Below, one piece after another: positions 8,120-15,126 of a stretch of 15,126 nt of DNA. The first letter of the stretch is position 1, and the number at the start of each line of letters is the position of its first letter. A model generated the notes under the pieces. It had not been told where the DNA came from. It ran no database searches and saw only the letters and a program-made list of their open reading frames with translations. The stretch spans positions 1 to 15,126 of the forward strand of contig JBFFSH010000064.1 of assembly GCA_041572575.1 (NCBI GenBank), given 5' to 3'. The DNA is from Thermodesulfobacteriota bacterium (GTDB lineage Bacteria > Desulfobacterota_D > UBA1144 > Nemesobacterales > N074bin48). A program made the position numbers and the translations under genes.

Positions 8120-9288
8120 GTAAGTTAACAAAAGTTGTTCTGGCAGATGATTCTCCTTTTGTTTGCAGTATGTTGAAAAACTATCTGCAATCAACAACTG
8201 AATTTGAAATCTTGGGGGTTGCTTACGATGGGCTTGAAGCTCTGGACCTGGTAAAACAAACAAGGCCTGATGTGCTTACGCTTGATCTTGAAATGCCTAA
8301 AATGAATGGGCTTGAGGTTATCGAGCATGTTATGTATGAATGCCCGACCCCAATAGTTGTAATAAGTGGAATTAGTAGAAATGCATCCGATATTACATTA
8401 AAAGCTTTAGAGATGGGTGCAGTTGATTTTATCTTAAAATATACTCCAGGAATTGAAATTAATCCTGAATATTTACAGGCCGATATTATATCAAAGGTAA
8501 AAGGGGCATCTAATATAAGGGTAATAAGATCACTTAAATCCCATGAACATTATAAAGCTAATAAAGATACCAAGCTCTATCCGTTTTTTGACTATGCACC
8601 TATAAAGAAAGCTCCTGCCGGTATTAGCTATCACTCTACTCAGGACAATATTATTGAAGCAGGTGTGCTTGTAGTTGGTGCATCGACCGGAGGGCCGGTT
8701 GCTCTAAAGGAACTAATAAATCACCTGCCTGATAATTATCCTCAGGCAATTGTAGTTGTACAGCATATGAATTCGAGTTTTACTCGTGTTTTAGCATCAC
8801 AGCTAAACAAGAACACAAATTTCAGAGTGAAGGAAGCCGAAGATGGGGATATGCTTATGAAAGATTTAATACTCATAGCTCCGGGTGATTATCATCTTAT
8901 GATAGGCTCTGATTTAAGGGTAAAGCTTACAAAGGGTCCTAAAGTTAAGGGGCACAGACCTTCTATAGACGTAACCATGCAGTCAGTTTCTCAGGTCTAT
9001 GGTTCTAAAACAAAAGGAGTTGTTCTCACTGGAATGGGTGATGATGGTGCAATGGGACTGTTGGCAATAAAATCCAAATGGGGCAGTACCTACGTGCAGG
9101 AGCCATCAGATTGTGTTGTAGATAGCATGCCCAAGAGTGCAATAAAAAAAGGTGTAGTGGATTATATAGAACCCTGCTGGAAAATAGCGTCACTGCTTGG
9201 CAGTAATATAAGTAAAGGGAGTATGAAGAGTGCCAGTTCAAAGTCAGTACGGAAGAAGCAGAACATTCTTAAATACCCAAATTGGTGA
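8116..9288 (+). CDS. cheB: Chemotaxis response regulator protein-glutamate methylesterase (CheB/ChpB-like)
   Basis: N-terminal REC (ADDS, TLDLEMP) and esterase triad motifs GASTGG, VQHM, LTGMGDDG, plus HRPSID. ATGA overlap with the cheA stop suggests translational coupling. Confidence 0.96.
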   Translation: MSKLTKVVLADDSPFVCSMLKNYLQSTTEFEILGVAYDGLEALDLVKQTRPDVLTLDLEMPKMNGLEVIEHVMYECPTPIVVISGISRNASDITLKALEMGAVDFILKYTPGIEINPEYLQADIISKVKGASNIRVIRSLKSHEHYKANKDTKLYPFFDYAPIKKAPAGISYHSTQDNIIEAGVLVVGASTGGPVALKELINHLPDNYPQAIVVVQHMNSSFTRVLASQLNKNTNFRVKEAEDGDMLMKDLILIAPGDYHLMIGSDLRVKLTKGPKVKGHRPSIDVTMQSVSQVYGSKTKGVVLTGMGDDGAMGLLAIKSKWGSTYVQEPSDCVVDSMPKSAIKKGVVDYIEPCWKIASLLGSNISKGSMKSASSKSVRKKQNILKYPNW

Positions 9289-10222
9289 CAGCAACTATTT
9301 TGTCAACATGTCCTGGGTTCAGAGTATTGAAAGAACTGACAATCTAAAAAGACAACCAGGCTCTGGAAATATTATTGGAGTGTTAAGTTTTGAAAGAATA
9401 AACATCGATGTTTTTTCATTTTCCAGTTTGTTAAATCTGGAACATAGCGAAGAGGATTTTGTTAGTGAAAGGGTAGTAGTGATAAAAAAACAAGATATAC
9501 GTATGGGGTTATTGGTTAACTCAGTTTCTGGTATAGTCGAGATTCAACAAGACCTGGTTTTTGGTATACCCAGAATTGCGGATAGTAACATTTCTGACTA
9601 TTTTGAAAATATAGCAATCAGCGAAGACGAATTATATCTATCTATTTCTCCTGATTTCATTGCAGGTAGATTGAGTGATAATATTAATGAAAGTGAAGCT
9701 AATGATAAAATTATTGCCCAAACGAACAAAATTGATCAAAACGGCACAAATGGTAGAACAACTGGATCAAATCAGATACTTTTATTTCAAATGTTGGACG
9801 AAGATGGTAAGTTGAGTGAATATGTATTTGGAATGAGTATTTCACAGATACTTCAGATATTGGAGCCTCAAAAAGTACTAGATGTTCCGGGAAGTCCGGA
9901 TTTTGTATATGGCTTGATAAACTGGCGAAACAGGCCAGTGCCGGTTATTGACCTGTACAAAAGAATAGGACTTAAGAATTCAAAAATTACAGATCAGACA
10001 AGGTTTGTAGTTGCCAGGACACTAACGGGAGGTCATATTGTTTGTTTTCCCGTTTATTTTGATGTAAATGTTAAAAAACTGCCGCTTCCACACCAAAAAC
10101 TACCATTGGGATCTGATATTGATATGTCGCTTACAAAAGGAACTTTTAAAGCTGAGGATTATAGTCTTGTCATTCCTGATATGGATAAAATAGTATTTAG
10201 TAAAATTAGTAATATAAACTAA
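9230..10222 (+). CDS. cheW: Tandem two-domain CheW-like adaptor
   Basis: GTG start 8 nt after AAAGGGAG. The C-terminal domain has FGMSISQILQI..VPGSPDFVYGLINWRNRPVPVIDL. The N-terminal domain is a divergent CheW (FLNTQIGDSNYFVNMSWVQSI..VVVIKK..MGLLVNSVSGIV). Confidence 0.85.
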   Translation: MPVQSQYGRSRTFLNTQIGDSNYFVNMSWVQSIERTDNLKRQPGSGNIIGVLSFERINIDVFSFSSLLNLEHSEEDFVSERVVVIKKQDIRMGLLVNSVSGIVEIQQDLVFGIPRIADSNISDYFENIAISEDELYLSISPDFIAGRLSDNINESEANDKIIAQTNKIDQNGTNGRTTGSNQILLFQMLDEDGKLSEYVFGMSISQILQILEPQKVLDVPGSPDFVYGLINWRNRPVPVIDLYKRIGLKNSKITDQTRFVVARTLTGGHIVCFPVYFDVNVKKLPLPHQKLPLGSDIDMSLTKGTFKAEDYSLVIPDMDKIVFSKISNIN

Positions 10223-10252
10223 AATTATTTGAAATTTGTGTGTTTTTTTATA

Positions 10253-10274
10253 AAATATTAGTAAACTAATATTT
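10253..10274. promoter_or_regulatory. Perfect inverted repeat upstream of rnc (operator or hairpin)
   Basis: AAATATTAGT-AA-ACTAATATTT with 10-bp arms, overlapping a candidate TTGAAA(10229)-N16-TAAAAT(10251) promoter. Confidence 0.45.
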
Positions 10275-10316
10275 GCCATCTTTTAACAAAGACCTTCTTT
10301 TAGTAATATTTCGCAA

Positions 10317-10985
10317 ATGAAAGATCAGATACTCGGATATACATTTAAGGATAAGGAATTACTTAGAACAGCTCTTACTCACAGTTCATATGCCAATGAG
10401 TGCTCGGTGCAAAGCAATGAGAGGCTTGAGTTTTTGGGTGATGCTGTAATTGGCTGTGTAACTGCCAAGGTTCTTTATAATCATTTCCCGGATTATCCTG
10501 AAGGAAATTTATCAAAAATTAAAAGTGCAATCGTTAGCAGGGAAAATCTCGGGGTGTTTGCAAGGAATATCAACCTTCAGGATGAATTACTTTTGGGAAA
10601 GGGGGAAGAGTCTAGCGGTGGCAGAGATAAAATGTCCAACCTCTCCGGGGCGTTTGAGGCAGTAATTGGGGCGATTTATCTCGATAGCGGTTATACAAAG
10701 GTTTATTCGGTAATATCAAAGCTAATAAAAGACTGTCTGAGGCAAAATAGCTTTGATGATGACTACAAAACCAACTTTCAGGAAATATCTCAAAAACTTT
10801 TCAAAAGCATACCCAGATATAAAGTAGTTCAGGAAGAGGGGCCTTCACATAATAAAAGTTTCTACGTAGAGGTCGAAATAAACAAGAAAGTATTTGGAAA
10901 CGGGTGTGGAAAGAGCAAAAAATCAGCAGAGCAGGAAGCTGCCAGACAAGGACTTGATAAAATTAAAGATATAGCTAGGTTATAA
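10317..10985 (+). CDS. rnc: Ribonuclease III
   Basis: ALTHSS, signature NERLEFLGDAV, FEAVIGAIYLD and a C-terminal dsRBD (DYKTNFQE..GPSHNKSF..GKSKKSAEQEAA). Confidence 0.97.
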   Translation: MKDQILGYTFKDKELLRTALTHSSYANECSVQSNERLEFLGDAVIGCVTAKVLYNHFPDYPEGNLSKIKSAIVSRENLGVFARNINLQDELLLGKGEESSGGRDKMSNLSGAFEAVIGAIYLDSGYTKVYSVISKLIKDCLRQNSFDDDYKTNFQEISQKLFKSIPRYKVVQEEGPSHNKSFYVEVEINKKVFGNGCGKSKKSAEQEAARQGLDKIKDIARL

Positions 10986-11009
10986 TAGAGTATCAATTAA
11001 AATATTTTA

Positions 11010-12452
11010 TTACTCTTGGTTATCAATCTCTAATTGAGCCATTTTCTTTGCAAGTGTATTTCTATTAATCCCTAATATCTCTGCAGTCTTCTTCTTGTTT
11101 CCTCTTGTAGATCTCAGAATTTCTTTAATTAGCGGTTTTTCTACCCTGTTGATTACATTTTCATAGATACCGTTTGGTAAGTCACCGCTGTAAGAATTTA
11201 TTAAATTCGAAACCTCGTTTTCAATTGCCATATCAAAACCTTTTTTACCTGACAAATCTTTTAATAATCCCGGAGCTGCTTCTAAAAGTGATTCACGGCT
11301 AATAATTTTATCAGGGCAAAGAACCAGTATTCTTTTTACTGTATTTTCCAGCTCCCTTACATTGCCAGGCCAGTCATAACTATTAACAATTTCTTTGGCT
11401 TTTTCTGATAATACTTTTTTGCTAACATTTAATTGCTTTGAATATTTATTTTGAAAATGATCTATCAAAATGTTTATGTCATCCTTACGCTGTCTTAAAG
11501 GCGGAACTTCAATCGTGATTGCGTTTAATCTGTAAAACAGGTCTTTTCTAAAATTTCCCTTATTAACTTCATCATCCAGGTTTCTGTTTGTTGAAACTAT
11601 AATTCTAGCGTCAACATCAACTGGTTTCTCACTTCCAAGTCTATAGAGTTTCTTCTCTTCCAATACTCTTAGCAGTTTGGTCTGCAGATCGGCAGACATG
11701 TCACCAATTTCGTCTAAGTGTAGTGTTCCCCTGTGAGCTTCTTCAAACCTTCCGATCTTTCTTAAACTTGCTCCTGTAAATGCCCCTTTTTCGTAACCAA
11801 AGAGCTCACTTTCAAGTAACTCGTTTGGAATAGCGGCAATATTAACAGAGACCAGATTATATTTGGCTCTTGGGCTATTTTGATGAATAGCTCTTGCGAT
11901 TAATTCCTTGCCGGAGCCACTCTCACCGGTAACAAGTACAGTAATGTCCTTATCTGCAACCTTGCCAATAATTTTGTAGATTGCTGTCATTGCTTTCGAA
12001 TTGCCTACTATTCCATAGGATGAAAGCTGCTTGTCTGAGCTGGTAATTTTATTTGAATAATCAATATCTATACTGTTTTTATAATTTTCAATCCCCTTAC
12101 TTACTAGATCATTTACCTCATTGATATCAAATGGTTTTGAAAAATAATCATAAGCGCCAAGCTGCATAGCCTGTATAGCATTGTTTACAGAGTTTTGAGC
12201 TGTAATTATTATTACAGATGATCTAATTTTTCTTTCATTAATTATTTTTAGAACATCGAAGCCATCTATGTCGGGAAGGTTAAGGTCTAAAAGTACTACT
12301 GAAAATTCCTCATTTGACAAGAATTCCAAGGCAGTATTTCCATCTTCCGCTACAGTTACGTTATATCCCTGCTTACCAAGGGATGTTTGAAGTACCCATC
12401 TTATGCTCTCTTCATCATCGACTACTAAAATTTTATTTAACATGTTAGCCAC
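11010..12452 (-). CDS. ntrC: Sigma54-dependent response regulator, NtrC (NR(I))-like
   Basis: REC (VVDDEESIRWVL, LLDLNLP), AAA+ (GESGSGKE, ESELFG.EKGAFTGA, LDEIG, FRKDLFYRL, WPGNVRELEN) and Fis-type HTH (TRGNKKKTAEILGINRNTL). Start is GTG at 12452 or ATG at 12443. Confidence 0.9.
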   Translation of the reverse strand: MANMLNKILVVDDEESIRWVLQTSLGKQGYNVTVAEDGNTALEFLSNEEFSVVLLDLNLPDIDGFDVLKIINERKIRSSVIIITAQNSVNNAIQAMQLGAYDYFSKPFDINEVNDLVSKGIENYKNSIDIDYSNKITSSDKQLSSYGIVGNSKAMTAIYKIIGKVADKDITVLVTGESGSGKELIARAIHQNSPRAKYNLVSVNIAAIPNELLESELFGYEKGAFTGASLRKIGRFEEAHRGTLHLDEIGDMSADLQTKLLRVLEEKKLYRLGSEKPVDVDARIIVSTNRNLDDEVNKGNFRKDLFYRLNAITIEVPPLRQRKDDINILIDHFQNKYSKQLNVSKKVLSEKAKEIVNSYDWPGNVRELENTVKRILVLCPDKIISRESLLEAAPGLLKDLSGKKGFDMAIENEVSNLINSYSGDLPNGIYENVINRVEKPLIKEILRSTRGNKKKTAEILGINRNTLAKKMAQLEIDNQE

Positions 12453-13536
12453 TCTTACCGCCTTTTTTTGCAGCTGGCAGGAATATAGTAAATGTCGTGC
12501 CTGCCTCTGTATCTGATTTTACATGAATATGGCCGCCGTGTTTATTTATTGTTTGTTGAGAGAAAAAGAGTCCAAGGCCTGTGCCCTTTTTTTTGGTAGT
12601 AAAAAATGGCGAAAAAATCTTCTCCATTTTGTCTTTTGGAATACCGCTGCCATTGTCACTTATATCTATATAAATACCAGGTTCACCTCTTTGTCTGTAT
12701 ACTGTGTTCCACCGGGTGGTAATAGATATTTTTCCGGTTTTATTGTTTACAGCTTCAATTGAATTTTTAATAAGATTTATAAAAGCCTGTTTTAAAGAGT
12801 TTGCATCTCCTGAAATATTGGGAATTGCTATATCGAAGTCATGAATGAATGAAATGTTTTTAGATTTAATACACTTTTCTTCAAGAATTGTAATGTCTGA
12901 TAGAATTTCATGTATATCTATATGTACAAATATTTCATCCGAGAAGAGTTCAAGCTGATTAAAATTATCAAGCATCCTTGTAAGCCTGTCTATCTCTTTT
13001 ACAATAATATTTGCTATTTTTTTATTTTCTTCAGTTTCCAGCTCACCTATGAGTATCTGTGATGCGCCCTTTATGCCACTTAGCGGATTTTTTAATTCAT
13101 GAGATAATCCCAAGATAAGGTTGCCAAACATCGAATTTGTTTGTTCCTGGATATTCTTTTGAATGAGCATTTTATTTAAAGACATGTCCTTAATCTGCAA
13201 GATGACATTTCTAGAAGATCTTTTGCCAATTTGAAGCGGAATTGAATTTGCATGCAGTGTAATGGTATTACCCCCTTTTAATTTGCATTCAATATCATTT
13301 CCCTGTACTACGCAATTATCTTTTAATGCTTTTAGCGCTAGTTGTTCAATTTCTGCAGGTAGAAAATAATCGGTTTTATTACCCCTGGCCTTGTTTCTGC
13401 TAATCTTGAAAATCTCTTCGGCGCTGTCATTTATTTCCTCAACGTATAAGTTTTCATCAATTATAAGCAAGGCCTGATCAAGGTTATCAAATATATCCTT
13501 ATAATAGTTTTCTAGAATAGGGCTTTTCCCCTTCAT
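12445..13536 (-). CDS. ntrB: PAS-domain histidine kinase, NtrB (NR(II))-like
   Basis: Soluble, with an N-terminal PAS-like region, H box LSHELKNPLSGIKGASQIL, N box QAFINLIKNSIEA, DNGSGI, FSPFFTTK and GTGLGL. Overlaps the ntrC start. Confidence 0.88.
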   Translation of the reverse strand: MKGKSPILENYYKDIFDNLDQALLIIDENLYVEEINDSAEEIFKISRNKARGNKTDYFLPAEIEQLALKALKDNCVVQGNDIECKLKGGNTITLHANSIPLQIGKRSSRNVILQIKDMSLNKMLIQKNIQEQTNSMFGNLILGLSHELKNPLSGIKGASQILIGELETEENKKIANIIVKEIDRLTRMLDNFNQLELFSDEIFVHIDIHEILSDITILEEKCIKSKNISFIHDFDIAIPNISGDANSLKQAFINLIKNSIEAVNNKTGKISITTRWNTVYRQRGEPGIYIDISDNGSGIPKDKMEKIFSPFFTTKKKGTGLGLFFSQQTINKHGGHIHVKSDTEAGTTFTIFLPAAKKGGKSG

Positions 13537-13560
13537 GTATTATTGAATATAATGGAAATA

Positions 13561-14859
13561 TTAATTTAAATTTTCAATCCTGATAAAACTGGGTTTATTG
13601 TTGACAAAACTAAACCTGTTAATTTTGCTCAGAGCGTTTTTTAGGTCATGTTCCCTGGCTTTATGTGTCATCATAACTACCTGTACGTCTCCTCCGGGTG
13701 AATTTCCTTTTTGGATTACCGATTCTATGCTTATACTATTATCACCTAGTACATTGGTTATTTTGCCAAGTACTCCGGGTTTATCCTTCACTTCAAATCT
13801 AAGGTAGTAATTTGCAATTTTATCACTAATTGGCAGTAGACGTGAGTGTTTTTTATCTTCATAAAACCTGGGTACAGTGCTATCCGCTTTATTCTTAATT
13901 GATTTTGCAATTTGTACTATATCCCCTACAACAGCACTTCCGGTTGGCATCATCCCGGCTCCCATACCATAAAGCATGGTAGGCCCAAGTGCATCTCCAA
14001 CCATATATATAGCATTAAATGCTCCGGATACATCTGCCATTTGAGTTCCCTTTTTTACAAGTGCGGGATACACTCCTGCTTCTATACCGTTTTCTTTTGC
14101 TTTTGCGATTGCAAGAAGTTTAATTACATAACCAAGTTCGCCTGAATATGAAATATCGAGCTTGGATATATTTCTTATTCCCTCTACATGAATCTTGTTA
14201 AATTTAAAAAACTGACCATATGAAAGCATAATTAGTATTGAGAGTTTGTGTGCTGCATCTATTCCGTCAATATCAAACGAGGGGTCAGCTTCCGCGTACC
14301 CCTTTTCCTGAGCATCTTTAAGCACTACGTCAAAATCAAGACTTTTCTCTGTCATGGTAGATAGAATATAGTTGCAGGTACCGTTCATTATTCCATAGAT
14401 TGATTGAATATTATTTGGCACGTAGCTTTCTTTTGTTGAGATAATAATGGGGATTGCTCCACCGACGCTTGCTTCAAATCCTACATTTACGTTGTTTCTT
14501 GCAGCTGTAGAAAAAATCTCAGCTCCATGATGGGCAAGCAGCGCTTTGTTGGCAGTAACTACGTGTTTTTTATTTTTAATAGCACCTAATACAAAGTCCT
14601 TAGCAATAGTTGTTCCGCCCACAAGCTCAACTATTATGGGAATATTTGGATCATTTATAACTTCCCTGCTATCGGTAGTAAATAATCTTTTTGGAATCTT
14701 TACAGGTCTTTTCCTTTTAATATCAATATCAGCAATTTTTTTAATATTTAATTTAACACCAGATCTTTTTTGAATAAGCTCATTATTCTCTAACAGGATC
14801 GAAACAACTCCACATCCCACCGTACCAGCGCCAATTATTCCAACATTAACCTCATTCAT
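13561..14859 (-). CDS. hom: Homoserine dehydrogenase with C-terminal ACT domain
   Basis: GAGTVG Rossmann motif, VVTANKA, FEASVGGAIP, GIMNGTCNYIL, GYAEADP..DIDG.DAAHK and ACT (YYLRFEVKDKPGVLGKI). SD AAGGAG 7 nt upstream (14867-14872). Confidence 0.97.
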   Translation of the reverse strand: MNEVNVGIIGAGTVGCGVVSILLENNELIQKRSGVKLNIKKIADIDIKRKRPVKIPKRLFTTDSREVINDPNIPIIVELVGGTTIAKDFVLGAIKNKKHVVTANKALLAHHGAEIFSTAARNNVNVGFEASVGGAIPIIISTKESYVPNNIQSIYGIMNGTCNYILSTMTEKSLDFDVVLKDAQEKGYAEADPSFDIDGIDAAHKLSILIMLSYGQFFKFNKIHVEGIRNISKLDISYSGELGYVIKLLAIAKAKENGIEAGVYPALVKKGTQMADVSGAFNAIYMVGDALGPTMLYGMGAGMMPTGSAVVGDIVQIAKSIKNKADSTVPRFYEDKKHSRLLPISDKIANYYLRFEVKDKPGVLGKITNVLGDNSISIESVIQKGNSPGGDVQVVMMTHKAREHDLKNALSKINRFSFVNNKPSFIRIENLN

Positions 14860-14915
14860 TAAAAAACTCCTTGTAACATCCCAATTTTATTGAATTTGAT
14901 TATACATCAAAATAT

Positions 14916-14944
14916 TTGACATAAAATAAATATAAGAATAAATT
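14916..14944 (+). promoter_or_regulatory. Putative sigma70 promoter for tRNA-Ala
   Basis: Perfect TTGACA (14916-14921), 17-nt spacer, TAAATT (14939-14944), 10 nt before the tRNA. Confidence 0.65.
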
Positions 14945-14954
14945 AAGCAGAGTA

Positions 14955-15027
14955 GGGGCCGTAGCTCAGTTGGGAGAGCGCATGAATGGCATTCATGAGG
15001 TCGTCGGTTCGATCCCGATCGGCTCCA
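14955..15027 (+). tRNA. tRNA-Ala(GGC), 3' CCA not encoded
   Basis: Acceptor stem GGGGCCG/CGGCTCC with the G3:U70 Ala identity pair; D arm GCTC/GAGC; anticodon arm CATGA-ATGGCAT-TCATG; T arm GTCGG-TTCGATC-CCGAT; discriminator A followed by TTA. Confidence 0.97.
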
Positions 15028-15082
15028 TTAATAATTATTCTTCCGTTACAGTTGGTTAGAGCCTTTAATTACTATGTATTCC

Positions 15083-15110
15083 TAGGTAATTGACCATTAC
15101 TTAATTTTGT
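15083..15110 (+). terminator. Possible weak terminator downstream of tRNA-Ala
   Basis: TAGGTAAT-TGACC-ATTACTTA stem (8 bp, one G:U) followed by ATTTTGT. AT-rich and weak. Confidence 0.25.
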
Positions 15111-15126
15111 GATTCTATAATTTTAT

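Noticed and set aside
9144..9150. A7 run in cheB as a frameshift or phase-variation site
   Set aside because: The CheB frame stays intact past it, the cheW frame is closed by TGA at 9224, and such runs are common in AT-rich DNA.
4119..9241. Short alternative-frame or antisense ORFs within cheA and cheB (4119, 4622, 4867, 5242, 6214, 7591, 8072, 9026)
   Set aside because: Fully overlap well-supported genes and show no protein-family features.
12523..14773. Short + strand ORFs opposite ntrB and hom
   Set aside because: Antisense shadows with no independent evidence.
14986..14992. A32-U38 pair in the tRNA anticodon loop and missing CCA
   Set aside because: A32-U38 is a known feature of tRNA-Ala(GGC), and non-encoded CCA is common in bacteria.

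Overview
AT-rich bacterial chromosomal window. Left to right: (1) the last 43 codons and right terminal inverted repeat of an IS3-family (IS407-group-like) insertion sequence, missed by the ORF track; (2) a five-gene + strand chemosensory operon of the type IV pilus (Pil-Chp) class: PilJ-like chemoreceptor, PilK/CheR, a 1471-aa ChpA-like multi-Hpt CheA-CheY hybrid, CheB and a tandem CheW-CheW protein, with no PilG/PilH/PilI genes in the window; (3) rnc (RNase III); (4) a convergent - strand hom-ntrB-ntrC block; (5) a divergent tRNA-Ala(GGC). The gene families are all known, and I see no wholly new system. The best leads are the stripped-down Pil-Chp architecture, the mix of intact, His-less and His-rich Hpt modules in the kinase, the non-PilJ sensor domain, an Asp-to-Gly change at an RNase III metal-ligand position, and several non-coding repeats or palindromes. 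All calls come from motif recognition by eye; no searches were run.
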